Source: a virus. From it: DNA of 64,000 nucleotides. Positions 30,501 to 40,508 of the stretch are shown here, one piece after another. The notes beneath the pieces were generated by a model. It was not told the origin of the DNA, did not search any database, and worked only from the letters and a program-made list of their open reading frames with translations. The stretch's first letter is position 1, and each line of letters opens with the position of its first letter. The DNA lies in IMG/VR virus record IMGVR_UViG_3300021090_000001, positions 1-64,000 of that record; one strand, 5' to 3'. The position numbers and the translations under genes were made by a program.

Positions 30501-32480
30501 GAACAGGGCACCACCCTGAAGGAGTACCACAAAGCTGAAGCCGAAGGTGCGGCCTCGGTACATCTCGATAATGCACCCAAATATTTCGACGCTGGGGAGG
30601 CCGCCCAGCAGGGGAAGCTGATTGAAGCTCAGGCGAAAGCGCTCCAGGAAGGCCGGGTGGCGGCTGGGCTCGGCGGCGACGTGCTGAAACACCAGGCCCA
30701 GGCCCTCGAAGGTCTGAAACCAGGAACCGTTCACTTCACCAAGGCGATCAATACGCTCAAGCAGAATATCGCTCTCGGCGACGCGAGCAAGGGTGAGCAG
30801 AAGAAGCTGAAGACGATCATCGAGACGGCCGAAGCAAAACAGATTAACGCGAGCAGCGATATCGCCTCCTTCTTCAAAAGCTACAATGCGCTCGCTGACA
30901 AACTGCTCCAGGAGTACGTCGGCAACCTCTCGACGCTCGTTCAGGCCGGTCCAGCCTTCGCCGCCCCAAAAGACGTTCACCGTTACATAAACGCCTCGGT
31001 CGTCCAGGGCGTGCGCGACCTCGCTTCGCCGAAACCCAAAGTCCAGGCCGAAGGCGTGCAGGCGCTCCAGGAAATCTCCCAGACCCTCGCCGCCTATGAA
31101 CAGCAGGAACTGAAAGACAACCTGACCCTCGCCAAAACCCAGTCCCAGCGGGAACGCGCCTACAACAAGTACACCGGCTCGCTCCAGCGCAACATCCACG
31201 ACGTGCGGGCTAGCTTCACCGGCAAGGGTAAGGAACTGACCGCGAAACTGCGGAAGACGAACGAACAGATCAAGAAGCTGGAAAGCGAGGGCGCGGGCGT
31301 CGAGTACACCCCGCAGCAGGAACATAACCATCCACAAAAGCACCCAGGCCCAGGAGAAGCCTTCCGGACTAAGGAAGGAGTCCTGGAACGACTGAAAGAA
31401 CGTCGGGCCGGGCTCAGCAAAACCGAGAAAATCCTCGACAAACAGCTCGCCCATCAGGAACGTGAACTTCGCGTACTGCTCCAGGAACACAAGGAGGAGC
31501 AGATCGCCGAGCGCGTCAGTGTCCTCGGCGAACTCGGCCAGATCGCCACCGCCCGGATCGGCAGCGACAACCCGGTCGCCCAGGCGCGCGCCACGCTCAA
31601 CTACGCCCAGAAAGCGTTGCAGTACGTTCGGGCCAGCGGCGGCAACCCCCAGGACCGGCGCCAGGCATTTCTGCAAGTTCTCAACGCGCGTCAGAGCTTG
31701 GAAGACGCCGAGCGCCAGGAAGCCTCCGACCTCGCCTCGGCCGCCGAGGCGCTGGCCCAGGCCGAAGCCAACGGCGACCCGATCCTCGAAGCCCAGGCGG
31801 AAATCCGCAAGGCGCAGGCCGACATGGCGAATGCCCGCACGGCGGCCGACCGCAAGAGCGCGCTCGCCGAGCTGCTGAACGCCGAACACAAACTCCAGGA
31901 AGACCGGGTGGCGATCGCGTTCGCCCAGCTCGGGCTCGCCGCCGCCCAGACGGAAGATCCGGTGAAGAAAGCGGCGATCAAGGTCCGGGAAGCCGAGGTG
32001 AAGCTGCGCAATGCACATGGCAAGGCTGCGACGCTCGAAGCTCGGGCCTCCCGCGCCGAAGCCGTCCGGGAAGAACGCGAAGCCGTCAACAACGCGCGGA
32101 TCGAAGACGTTGAATTCCAGGCCGACATAGGCAGGATCACGGTGGACCAGGAGATTGCCGCCTATACCCGCCTCCTTCGTACCCTGAAACTCGGCAAACA
32201 GGCTCGGCGCTCGCTGATCGAGAAAATCCACTCACTCCAGGAGGAAGCATCCGGCAACCTGGAGCTGACCGTGGGCAACATCCAGCTCCCGACTCTATAT
32301 GACATCCGGCGTGCGGTTCAGGGTGGTGTCAACGGCGGTCACTCCTACACCGATGCGTCGAGCCACGAAACGATCATCAATATCAATGGCGGCGATCTTA
32401 ACGCGGTCGGTCGTGTGGTGGATAACGCCTTGAAACGCAACAGTCGCAACTCTCGACGCTCAGCGGGGCTTATAAAATGA
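27582..32480 (+). CDS. Tape measure protein
   Basis: 1632 aa, helical and repetitive, Ala/Gln/Glu-rich, downstream of the frameshifted chaperone pair. Confidence 0.9.
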   Translation: MPGFEDDFAKGEAAAARLAARMAEATKRFEQVAEVEARDAKVREKTAAAARREAQTGRTTTPESAPKALKDNISFQERAKQATEERIRLEARYRGELEQTGAASRRVGSGLIPSPLASAGGAGGSGRLPPRFFAQPPPGEPPYGGRGLPPGSIPPQLPLGGGGGPRQLLARNPEHPDERIVRNYRERASALKESTAAEGEYATRARAMRAAEGDLGPAIGRTAQFQRAANMEYQRFGALSSEWIGATARGATTIHELGRQTTATIGKFGGWLAAGSLIFTALAGVRAIGHGAIESASGVNQLERVIKKTSSIDPNSVQKSFRESSQHFNLPISDVTNAAYEMAKVFKTQDEALEASKAVLYAVKIGELDTATASRYLIATINGFHLPAGKLVGVFDQLNNAQNEFGISINDAFAGIAKASGSFNAATTKGSPLQKYHELLALITTAQKATGQTGQVVGTAIQRAPNFLRQAKNKNILKQYGINAGGDLNDIIVQAFEKAQGLSGHKIADLASAIFGPQYGARIGTPLLQQFDLYKKVLSKTTSKASKGSGETELQTQLGSLSEQISRIGTDLEQLGSNLAEAGFFDLLGAGVKSLDEMLQFANHILEVFNNLPDPLKHSLAILVEMKLALGALRKFSLGDNFQNSTARRVFNGPNAGARKYNDLLFEEEREVRRNLESNNRSQITTERRLPPAASRVGQEEAVLRSLQTQGVDQKVLLSQERNIVAAKQHEQGLITKQIESSQLRRDLLVELDAIERDNVALSASRNDATAAQLATARNRTVPGSNAKGGMTARELAREGGEEFRNNETVVPVTTAAKAEQDAAARATRDSKASASAFKGVGGKWRTFAQTEGGIVHPIESFRAARGNAVNAMEATAGGISRARSTLPTLGTALGKVGSGLKGLGAGLYGLVGGPLGALIIGAYAAFEYGDDLGRALAGGQEEIDAASEIEHGGVKSTKRKKDLVKQYEDFFREQGTTLKEYHKAEAEGAASVHLDNAPKYFDAGEAAQQGKLIEAQAKALQEGRVAAGLGGDVLKHQAQALEGLKPGTVHFTKAINTLKQNIALGDASKGEQKKLKTIIETAEAKQINASSDIASFFKSYNALADKLLQEYVGNLSTLVQAGPAFAAPKDVHRYINASVVQGVRDLASPKPKVQAEGVQALQEISQTLAAYEQQELKDNLTLAKTQSQRERAYNKYTGSLQRNIHDVRASFTGKGKELTAKLRKTNEQIKKLESEGAGVEYTPQQEHNHPQKHPGPGEAFRTKEGVLERLKERRAGLSKTEKILDKQLAHQERELRVLLQEHKEEQIAERVSVLGELGQIATARIGSDNPVAQARATLNYAQKALQYVRASGGNPQDRRQAFLQVLNARQSLEDAERQEASDLASAAEALAQAEANGDPILEAQAEIRKAQADMANARTAADRKSALAELLNAEHKLQEDRVAIAFAQLGLAAAQTEDPVKKAAIKVREAEVKLRNAHGKAATLEARASRAEAVREEREAVNNARIEDVEFQADIGRITVDQEIAAYTRLLRTLKLGKQARRSLIEKIHSLQEEASGNLELTVGNIQLPTLYDIRRAVQGGVNGGHSYTDASSHETIININGGDLNAVGRVVDNALKRNSRNSRRSAGLIK

Positions 32481-32914
32481 CAAGATTGGCTAACGAATTC
32501 ATCAACCCCGAGAACTCGGATAAATATGCCTGGCCGATCAACCACACCGAGGAGTCCGAGGCGGGCATCGCCCGGACGATCAGCCGTGGCGCCAACACCG
32601 CTGCGACCGGGCTCGTCCGTCAGCAGGCCGATGATCAGCCGCTTGTGTTCCAATTCGCGGGCACCATTTTCAAAGAGTCGATGCTGGAAGAAATGATCAA
32701 ATGGTATGTACTCTGCAAGACCCAGACGATCTTCTTCAAGAAATACTCGGGCGATGAATTCGAGGTCTGCATCACCGAATTCAAACCGACCGAGAAAAAG
32801 ACCCTGCACAACCCGAAGGACTTTGCCAACGCGCCGCTCTGGTACTGGAGCTATACGATGACGATGGAAGTCATCACCGTGCGCAGCGGCGTCTGGGTGG
32901 GGATCGTCCCTTGA
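32477..32914 (+). CDS. Putative distal tail protein
   Basis: 145 aa. ATG overlaps the TMP stop. Called by position. Confidence 0.55.
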   Translation: MTRLANEFINPENSDKYAWPINHTEESEAGIARTISRGANTAATGLVRQQADDQPLVFQFAGTIFKESMLEEMIKWYVLCKTQTIFFKKYSGDEFEVCITEFKPTEKKTLHNPKDFANAPLWYWSYTMTMEVITVRSGVWVGIVP

Positions 32915-35037
32915 GTACGCTCGCCGAACAACAGCAGCGATGGCTGAGTGGGAAGCACGTCGGCCGGTCCAAGCCGGTGCTGAGAGCGTACGTCCGCCGG
33001 GGTCACCTGGAGCGCAACTATCGCAACCTGCCCAGCGATCAGGTTTTCTGCTATATCCCTGGCCTCAAGGGTCCAAACGCCGTCTGGTTCGCCCATTGGG
33101 TCGCCGATACCGACTACGTCGAAGTGCCGAATATCGCCACCATCAAGGGCGGCAACGACTTCGCTAAGAACGGCGTCGAGCAGATCACGGTGGAACTCGA
33201 CAACATCGGGCTCGAACCACAGACCGGAAACGCCGGGACCTACCACACGATTCAACGCGGCTTCATGGCGCCGACGCGCGGTGACGCCGGGTTCAACCAA
33301 GAGGCCGCTGGGGACTCCAACTTCTGGCGCGGAATCTGGAAGGACCAGTCCACCCAGATCATGGTGACCACTGGTTATGGCGACGCCCACTTCCCTCTCT
33401 TCCTCGGGCTCGTGGATACCGCCGACCTGACCAGCAGCCCGGACAAGATCACGGTTACGGCGCGGAGCATGGGCAAGTTCCTAACCGACCAGCACACCTT
33501 CATGGATGCCAAGCACCTGTTCGTCCGTGACCCGATCACCTTCTGCGACCGCCAACGAGCCGACGAACTGATCAATGTCGCCAAAAATGCGGTCGCGAAG
33601 GACAGCGATGGTTCGCACCTTGCTCGCTTTGCCGCCGACGAAGACGATGGGACCGCCTGGGTATCGGACGGTTATGACAGCACCAACGGGCTGACCTGGA
33701 TTGAGTTCACCGTGCCGAACGCGCGGGTAGAGGACTTCCAGCTCCTACCGCGCTTCGCCGGTCTGGAGATGTATGTCTCGGTATTTGCTACCAGTGAGAA
33801 CGTCCAGGGTGGCGGCCCAGCGCGGACGACCGACGACCACGACCTCGGCGAGGGCTGGGTGTCCTATGAAAGCCTCGGTAGCGTTCCCGGCACCACCCTC
33901 CCCTACGTCAACTTCGTAGGCCAGGTCAACGAGGCATCGACGCGCTACAAAATCCGCAAAGGCGGCGGCGGTTATGTGATCGGCGACAACAGCAGGGTGA
34001 GGCTCTGGTTCCGCAACCTCGCCAAAGTCAGCAGCGGTAAACAGTGGCAGTACAAGGCGGGCGTCTCCTCGTGTGAAGTCTTCTCCAGGGTCCGCAAAGA
34101 AGCCGCCAAAAACTTCCATTGGATTCTGGTTGACGACGTTAGTGACATCGTCAAAGTCGTCCTCCAGTGGTGCGGGTTCGATGAATGGGAGATCGAAAGG
34201 GTCGGCTCGCGGCTGAAGGACAAAATCGTCTTCGATCGCAACACGTTCCTGATCGACATCATCAAAAAGATCACGGAAACGACCAGCTATACGTTCAGCA
34301 TCCGCCCGCCCGACAGCTTCGATGCTGGCAACCTCGCCAAAGGGAACAAAGCCAATCTCTCGATGGGCGTTGCGGTTTTCCGTCAGAACCAAGCGATGAC
34401 GACGCTACCGAAGGAGGCCCGCTACTCGGTGCGCGACGACCAGACGATCACCGGCATCCAGCCGCAGTTCGACAGCTCCGGGCTCGCGCAGTCGATTCGC
34501 GCTCGTGGCAAGCTGATCGCCGAGTGGAAGGCCCAGCAAGACCCGAACTACGTCCCTTCGGCCAACGGCAACATCGGCCGCTTCTTCTACAACTACCGCC
34601 CGGTCTGGGCTCGTGGTGGCGACGCTCAGGCGGGCCACGGCGCCGCCGGGCTCCGCAAGCACGAGTTCCACACCGACCAGCACTATGCCTCCAACCAGGA
34701 CTGCAAGATAGCCTGCCTCCTGATCGCCTTCCGCATGGCGCTCGAAGCCTCCAAGGCGTCGGTCCAGATCCCCCTCTTCCCGCCGATCAATCTCGACCAG
34801 CAGCTCCAGATTTACGACCTCGGCAGCGGCATCTCCACGCGGCTGTGGGTAGTCAGCCGGGACTGGGAATACGTCGGCGGGGAAGAGATGAAATTCACCA
34901 TGACCCTGGGCGGCTCCCTGCTCGACGTTGACATCGTGGAGCGGACGCGGACGGAGCTGATCCGTGCGCTCAATGACGCGGGCTACAACCCGGCGCCGAT
35001 CGCGCGCGGCCCCTGGGAAGAAGTCCACCTGTTCTGA
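32911..35037 (+). CDS. Minor tail / baseplate hub-like protein
   Basis: 708 aa, TTG start overlapping the upstream stop. Called by position after Dit. Confidence 0.65.
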   Translation: MSTLAEQQQRWLSGKHVGRSKPVLRAYVRRGHLERNYRNLPSDQVFCYIPGLKGPNAVWFAHWVADTDYVEVPNIATIKGGNDFAKNGVEQITVELDNIGLEPQTGNAGTYHTIQRGFMAPTRGDAGFNQEAAGDSNFWRGIWKDQSTQIMVTTGYGDAHFPLFLGLVDTADLTSSPDKITVTARSMGKFLTDQHTFMDAKHLFVRDPITFCDRQRADELINVAKNAVAKDSDGSHLARFAADEDDGTAWVSDGYDSTNGLTWIEFTVPNARVEDFQLLPRFAGLEMYVSVFATSENVQGGGPARTTDDHDLGEGWVSYESLGSVPGTTLPYVNFVGQVNEASTRYKIRKGGGGYVIGDNSRVRLWFRNLAKVSSGKQWQYKAGVSSCEVFSRVRKEAAKNFHWILVDDVSDIVKVVLQWCGFDEWEIERVGSRLKDKIVFDRNTFLIDIIKKITETTSYTFSIRPPDSFDAGNLAKGNKANLSMGVAVFRQNQAMTTLPKEARYSVRDDQTITGIQPQFDSSGLAQSIRARGKLIAEWKAQQDPNYVPSANGNIGRFFYNYRPVWARGGDAQAGHGAAGLRKHEFHTDQHYASNQDCKIACLLIAFRMALEASKASVQIPLFPPINLDQQLQIYDLGSGISTRLWVVSRDWEYVGGEEMKFTMTLGGSLLDVDIVERTRTELIRALNDAGYNPAPIARGPWEEVHLF

Positions 35038-35507
35038 TGCCCGAGCCAGAAGTCAACAGACTTGAGAGGGCGATGCAGGGGCTGACGATCGGCATCGTCC
35101 GCGACCAGCAGGAATTTGAAGATCAGATCAGGGTCGATGGGCTCCAGGAGAAAGAGCAGCAGTTCTGGGTCGAGATCGCCGGGCGCGCCGAGGAGTTCGC
35201 CTCCTGGGCGGTCAAAGAGATCGAATTCGAGCAGCATTATGTGGACGCGACCGGGCAGCGGGACAGCCCGTTCGACCGGCCGCACTTCACCTTCGGCGGT
35301 GTGCTGGATAGCCCAACACCCGTTGCGCTTTTCGCGATGGTGATGGAATACATCGTCAACAAAAGGAACGAAACCGTGGGCGCGAAGGTTGCGATCGGCA
35401 TCTTGGCGACCGACCGATCGACCAAGGTAAAGGGGCGCGTGAACCTGACCTTCCAGGGTTATTGCCAGGCGCCGAGTGGATTCGCTGACGACATAGGAGC
35501 TGGATGA
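35037..35507 (+). CDS. Hypothetical baseplate-module protein
   Basis: 156 aa, translationally coupled (TGATG). Confidence 0.55.
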   Translation: MPEPEVNRLERAMQGLTIGIVRDQQEFEDQIRVDGLQEKEQQFWVEIAGRAEEFASWAVKEIEFEQHYVDATGQRDSPFDRPHFTFGGVLDSPTPVALFAMVMEYIVNKRNETVGAKVAIGILATDRSTKVKGRVNLTFQGYCQAPSGFADDIGAG

Positions 35508-36745
35508 TGGAAAAGACGATCTTCACCGGCCTCACGGTCCTTGAACCTGACGAGTCGATCTATGCCGACAACTCGGCGTTCATCTCACGCGATCGCCGCG
35601 AGATCGACCGTGGGCTCCACATCGGCATCAAGACCCATCGCCACGACGGCTCCTCTGGGCTCGAAAATCCGGTGGTCGCCCCGAGTGGTCTCGTAATCGG
35701 CTCCGGCGGCACGATCCCGGCCGGGGTCAGCCTGACGCTGGGCTACACCCTGGAGGATGCCTTCGGCGGCGAGACGCTGGTTTCGCCCACGGTCCTCGTC
35801 ACCACCCCGCTGCCGTTCTCCTCGCCCCAGACAGCGCCCACGGCGGTTCTGGATACCACGACCGGCGAACTCGACGTTGACACCTTCACCTACGCGGTCA
35901 CCTGGACCGATGGCGAAGGCGGCGAGACGCCGCTCGGGCCATCGGTGACGATCAGCCGCGATCCCGGCTTCGCCAACGCCCAGATCAAACTGAGCGGCCT
36001 CGATGCGGGCATGACGGAAGCCGGGGCGAGCGAATGGAACCTCTACCGGGCGCGCTCCGGCGGCGTTTACGTCCTGCTGACCACGGGGACCGGCGCCACC
36101 TTCAATGACGATGGGAAAACGCTCGCACAATGCGATGTGAACCCGCCCACGGCGACCACCAACACGACCGGCTCGATTAACCAGTTGGAGTTCTTCATCC
36201 CCGGCTCGGGGATCGCGGGCTCGGGGATCGCCAATGCGACCTGGATCAACCTGTACGCCTCGCAGGCCGGTGACTTCGGTGAATCCTGTCTGCTCGCCCA
36301 GGTCCCGGTCGGCAGCGCGGGCGGCTCGATGGTATTCCCCGCACTTGAACTGCTCGACGCCCAGCCGCCGGATGTGAACCGCTCCTATGGTGGCGCCAAC
36401 AAAATCGACCCCGACGAGGAGCTGATCGATTGGCATTGGAAGCGGCCGGTGAAAGAAGTGGGCGACCTGCCGACCGAAGAAAAAGGCGCCGAAGAGGGCG
36501 ACGTGCGGGTGGTCGAGGAAGAACGGAAAGCGTACCAATTCCATGAAGGTGAATGGAAAACCTGGGTCGGCGGAAGTGGCGCTGGCGAATTGTTGGAAGG
36601 GTTCGGGATGGGTTTCATCTTCGTCGCTGAAGATCTGACCAAAGCTCGGCCCGAAGGCTTCGCCTGCGTCACTTGGATGACCAAAGGTGAACCGGGTGAA
36701 CCCGAAAAAATGGCCGAACACGACATCCTCATCGAGCTGCCATGA
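35504..36745 (+). CDS. Minor tail / fibre-like protein
   Basis: 413 aa, Gly/Thr-rich beta-type sequence, coupled start. Confidence 0.6.
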   Translation: MMEKTIFTGLTVLEPDESIYADNSAFISRDRREIDRGLHIGIKTHRHDGSSGLENPVVAPSGLVIGSGGTIPAGVSLTLGYTLEDAFGGETLVSPTVLVTTPLPFSSPQTAPTAVLDTTTGELDVDTFTYAVTWTDGEGGETPLGPSVTISRDPGFANAQIKLSGLDAGMTEAGASEWNLYRARSGGVYVLLTTGTGATFNDDGKTLAQCDVNPPTATTNTTGSINQLEFFIPGSGIAGSGIANATWINLYASQAGDFGESCLLAQVPVGSAGGSMVFPALELLDAQPPDVNRSYGGANKIDPDEELIDWHWKRPVKEVGDLPTEEKGAEEGDVRVVEEERKAYQFHEGEWKTWVGGSGAGELLEGFGMGFIFVAEDLTKARPEGFACVTWMTKGEPGEPEKMAEHDILIELP

Positions 36746-37485
36746 GCATGGTCCGCAAATTCAGCGGCGGCGGTCACATCCAGACCGCGATCGGCAACGC
36801 CTACGCGAACTCGGCGCTGACCTTCGTCTGCTATGCGAAGCAGAACGGTGACGGTACCGAATGGCTGAACAGCTACACCGCTGGCGGCACGAAGATCACG
36901 ATGGGTATCGAAGGCGGTGTGCTGAAACTCTACAAGGCCGGGGCCTCTGGTGGTCCTAGCGCGAGTTCGAACTGGGCTCTCTATGTCGCGACCAAGGCTG
37001 CCGGTACGGTTAAACCCCTCTTCTATTTGTACGACTTCCTGCTCGGGGAATGGGTTGCGGATGGCGTCGAAGGCAGTTCGACCATGTCGGACGGTCTCGG
37101 CGAAGCGCCCGAACATGTCGAGCTGGGCATCTGGGAAGAACCCGGCAGCGAACAGTTTGAAGGGTGGATGGCAGCCGACGCGATCTGGAAAAAAGTCTTG
37201 TCCAAAGCCCAGGTCCACGAATTGGTCAGCCTCGGTTCGGTCGAAGCGTGGGTCGCGCTAACCCCTGACGCGCATTGGCGTTTTGACGAAGCACTCCCCG
37301 TTGACAAAACCGGCGGCGGTGCCAACGCGATCGCGGTTACCAACACCGAACTGGTAGAACTTACGATCCCATTCCCATACGGCGAAGGTGAAGAACCGCC
37401 AGCGGCCGTCAAAGTCAAGAGCGGCGGCAGCGTCGTCAGCGCCAAACGGTGGGTTAAATCGGGCGGCATCCTCGTCCCGGCCTGA
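36742..37485 (+). CDS. Tail fibre-module protein with LamG/concanavalin-like features
   Basis: 247 aa. FEGWMAADAIWKKVLSKAQVHEL resembles the LamG_3 C-terminal pattern. Confidence 0.5.
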   Translation: MSMVRKFSGGGHIQTAIGNAYANSALTFVCYAKQNGDGTEWLNSYTAGGTKITMGIEGGVLKLYKAGASGGPSASSNWALYVATKAAGTVKPLFYLYDFLLGEWVADGVEGSSTMSDGLGEAPEHVELGIWEEPGSEQFEGWMAADAIWKKVLSKAQVHELVSLGSVEAWVALTPDAHWRFDEALPVDKTGGGANAIAVTNTELVELTIPFPYGEGEEPPAAVKVKSGGSVVSAKRWVKSGGILVPA

Positions 37486-38300
37486 TGAACTACACGTTCG
37501 TCAACGGCACCATCGAGCAGCAGCAAAGGTGGCTGCAAGCAGCGCATTTGCTGCTGAACTTTCCATTCGCCGCCCTGCCCTACGAGATCGAAGTCGAATT
37601 CAGCACGGCCGGTGTGATCGAAGCTGTCGGTCACAATTCAATAGCGGTGACCCAGGTCACCTATGACTCCATGAGCGCGAAAACGATTGTCAGGAACGAT
37701 GCGCCCGGTTTCGGTCAGGCACTGCGCATGAGTCTGGCCGCCGAAGCCGCCGCCCTGGGCCTCCGCTACAACGCCGACCTGCACTTCAACGAGACGGTGG
37801 TTCACGAGCTTGCCCACGTTGCCTATGGCGCCCTCTCGCACGCGCTGAGAGTGAGGGTGGCAGAAATGTTCGGGGCGAAAACCGACCTCGACGCGGTGAT
37901 CAACGACCAGTCCAAGGACTGGAAGGACCGGGTGGTCGAGGGCATCGCCGACACCTTCAAGGAGGCGTTCCTGCCGCGTCGTCACCGCGTCTTCCCGAAC
38001 CGAACCAACCGCCGTATCTCCTATAGCCGCTACTCTGAATTCAGGCGCTTCTTCCGGGGCGTCGAAGGTGGCGAAGATGGGTTTCAATACACCTATGGCA
38101 GCAGCGCCTTCCGTGCCGATCTGAGCGAGTGGGGGTTGAACGCTCGTCCATACCACAAGTCGAGCCGAGACGACGAAGCCTTCGTATTCTTCGGGGAGAT
38201 CGAAGGTTATGAGAGTTGCTGGGGTGTGGACATGAGCCAGTTTGCCGAGTCCAGCCACCACCCCTTTTCGATCGAACCCGAAGATGAGATCATTAGCTGA
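37485..38300 (+). CDS. Putative zinc metallopeptidase (HExxH) in tail module
   Basis: 271 aa. VVHELAHVAYGALSH contains HExxH. Confidence 0.55.
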   Translation: MNYTFVNGTIEQQQRWLQAAHLLLNFPFAALPYEIEVEFSTAGVIEAVGHNSIAVTQVTYDSMSAKTIVRNDAPGFGQALRMSLAAEAAALGLRYNADLHFNETVVHELAHVAYGALSHALRVRVAEMFGAKTDLDAVINDQSKDWKDRVVEGIADTFKEAFLPRRHRVFPNRTNRRISYSRYSEFRRFFRGVEGGEDGFQYTYGSSAFRADLSEWGLNARPYHKSSRDDEAFVFFGEIEGYESCWGVDMSQFAESSHHPFSIEPEDEIIS

Positions 38301-39037
38301 TGCCCAATGTCATCGTCAAATTCTATGAGAACTTTCGCTTTGAAGATGTGGATACCAGCGGCGTTTTCAGCGGTTCGTTCAGCAACGGCAGCGAGTCGAA
38401 GCTCGCCCACGTCCAAGAGGTGATCAACCAGGCTTTCCACAATCCGAACAATCCCCCTGAAGAACCACCCTGTCTGACTGAATTCGTGGAAGAAAAACTC
38501 TATGACGAAACGCGGACGTGCCAATATTCAAGCAACACCCTCAAAGTCATCGCCAGTGGTGGGACCTGGAAACTGAAAGTCCATCTCGCCGCCGAAGACA
38601 TCGAAACCGGCCCGATCGCCTACAACGCGAATGCCGCTGCGATCGCCGCTGCGATCGGCGGGCTCTATGCGGACCCGGCCGCGTTGGAAATCTTCCGCAT
38701 CACCGAACTGGCCGGTGAAGGTTGCGGTCCCGGCCTGCTGCTCGAAATCGCACCAGAAACATGGATCAGGGTGATCGACATCGGGCCGAGCGAGTGGGAA
38801 TTCAGATATTTTGAAGCTGCCGGGACGCATCTTCCGTCCGGGCTCTCATTCCTCGCCACCGACATCGATCTCGGCGAAGTGATCGTCTCTAAACCTTTCT
38901 ATGACGAAGTCCAGTACACCGTCGAACTGGAAGAAGGCTGCTCGGGAATCGCGGCGCCGAAAGGCAAAACCGAACCCGGCGGGGTTCGCGCGGGCACGCA
39001 TCGAAAGCGCGTGCCGGTCCTTGGCCGCCACGCTTGA
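38300..39037 (+). CDS. Hypothetical tail-module protein
   Basis: 245 aa, coupled start (TGATG). Last plus-strand gene before the recombination module. Confidence 0.55.
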   Translation: MPNVIVKFYENFRFEDVDTSGVFSGSFSNGSESKLAHVQEVINQAFHNPNNPPEEPPCLTEFVEEKLYDETRTCQYSSNTLKVIASGGTWKLKVHLAAEDIETGPIAYNANAAAIAAAIGGLYADPAALEIFRITELAGEGCGPGLLLEIAPETWIRVIDIGPSEWEFRYFEAAGTHLPSGLSFLATDIDLGEVIVSKPFYDEVQYTVELEEGCSGIAAPKGKTEPGGVRAGTHRKRVPVLGRHA

Positions 39038-39103
39038 TCGCATGCGCGTTAGCGTCCGCGCGCGATCCTAGTCTGTAGGACCACCCAACAGACGGAGGAA
39101 GCG

Positions 39104-40135
39104 ATGACGGACTTTCAGGCGCGACGCGGGCAGGAAGGCAACCGCTGGTTCAACGAGCGCCCTGACGGCGACGCGGTCGCCAGCTGGTTCGCCGGAGCGG
39201 TGGACATGCCCGAGGGGTTGAAGGCCGAGGACTATGTCGGCGGCGTGGTGCTGATCCCCGGCAAGGAAAAGGCCGACGAACCACTCGGCTTCGATGACAG
39301 GGGGTTCCCGCGTTGGACCGAGGTCGAGAACCTGGTCTTCACCCCCTACGTCAAGGTCGAGACGCGCGTTGCCTTTTTCCACGCCCTCATGAGCAAGCAC
39401 TGCGAGGAGTGGGAGGGCGTGATCGAGCCCGTAGTCCCCGAGGACGGCATGGTCAAGGGTTTGCCGCCGGGCTTCCAGCGGATCGCCCTGCAAAAAGAGG
39501 AGAAGGTTACCCCCTACCTGCTCTGCACGATGAAGGTCACCGTCTTCAAGCGCGGCACGGTCAAATGGAGGGAGTACCGCAATACCCGGACCGGCGCGCT
39601 CGAATTCAAACGGACGGGCGAGACGATCATCGATGCGGCACCCGCGACCAAGCAGGTCCCGACGCTGCGGCGCTTCGGCCCGGACGACAGCGTCGTCATG
39701 AAGGCCGAGACGGGCGCGATCGGCCGCGCCCTCGGGATGGCCGGGATGCTGATCGTGCCCGGCACCGGGATCGCCACCGCCGAGGACATGCGCGAAGCGA
39801 TCGCCGAGCGCGGCATCCAGCCCGCCGCCAAAGAGGAGGGCATGCCGAGCCCCGAAGGCCGCGCCGCCAAGAGCGCCACCGCCGAGCTGAGCCATGAGGA
39901 GCTGGTGACGATGGGCTCCGGGCTCGTCGTCCGGCTGCGGGAGGTCAACGAGGCCGCCCACACCGCCTTTCTGGCCTGGTGCCACGAGCGTGGCTTCAAG
40001 GGCTCGATGTCCGAGATGAAAGACGGTGACCTCAAACAGGTCATCAAGCAGGCGGAAAAGGGGCTGGAGACGGCCCAGGGCGGCGGCGCTACCGAGCAGG
40101 CGGCGGCGGCCGGGGCGGGCGGTCAGGATGGCTAA
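39104..40135 (+). CDS. Putative single-strand annealing / recombination-associated protein
   Basis: 343 aa, GGAGGAAG Shine-Dalgarno. MKAETGAIGRALGMAG resembles annealase-type motifs. Context with RusA and the exonuclease. The functional call is weak. Confidence 0.4.
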   Translation: MTDFQARRGQEGNRWFNERPDGDAVASWFAGAVDMPEGLKAEDYVGGVVLIPGKEKADEPLGFDDRGFPRWTEVENLVFTPYVKVETRVAFFHALMSKHCEEWEGVIEPVVPEDGMVKGLPPGFQRIALQKEEKVTPYLLCTMKVTVFKRGTVKWREYRNTRTGALEFKRTGETIIDAAPATKQVPTLRRFGPDDSVVMKAETGAIGRALGMAGMLIVPGTGIATAEDMREAIAERGIQPAAKEEGMPSPEGRAAKSATAELSHEELVTMGSGLVVRLREVNEAAHTAFLAWCHERGFKGSMSEMKDGDLKQVIKQAEKGLETAQGGGATEQAAAAGAGGQDG

Positions 40136-40508
40136 GAGGAGCTTCAAACTCGCCTTCAGCTACGACGACACCCCGCCCTCCTTCAACGAGGTCGGGCACA
40201 CCGGCAACCGCTGGACCTGGACCAAAGCCGAGAAACAGTGGCGGGAGACGTTCGAAATGCTGCTGATGTCCACCGGCTTCCCTCGCGAATGGGACCAGAT
40301 CACCGCCGTTGTGCGGCTGCGGTTTCCGACCAAGCGCCGCCGCGACGAAGGCAACTACCGCACCTTATTGGAGAAGGCGCTCGGCGACGCCCTCGTCAAC
40401 GGCCGCTGGGTCGAGGACGACACCCCCGACCACTTCGTCTTCGAACGCGTCCACTTCGAGCAGCAGCTCGGGAAGGCCCAGACGACGATCGAGCTGGAGG
40501 CGAAATGA
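40128..40508 (+). CDS. rusA: RusA-like Holliday junction resolvase
   Basis: 126 aa from the ATG at 40128. RRRDEGNYRTLLEKALGDALVNGRWVEDDTPDHF matches the RusA catalytic Asp pattern. Confidence 0.75.
   Translation: MAKRSFKLAFSYDDTPPSFNEVGHTGNRWTWTKAEKQWRETFEMLLMSTGFPREWDQITAVVRLRFPTKRRRDEGNYRTLLEKALGDALVNGRWVEDDTPDHFVFERVHFEQQLGKAQTTIELEAK

Noticed and set aside
30303-32231. 642-aa minus-strand ORF antisense to the tape measure gene. Similar long antisense or off-frame ORFs include 18473..19921(-), 27453..28736(-), 15143..16150(-), 50982..52214(-), 52577..53731(-), 9770..10747(-), 55490..56527(+) and 62112..63284(+).
   Set aside because: These are typical shadow ORFs of GC-rich DNA. Their translations are Arg/Gly/Pro/Ala-rich and low-complexity, they lack GC3 bias in their own frame, and each lies fully inside a well-supported gene on the other strand.
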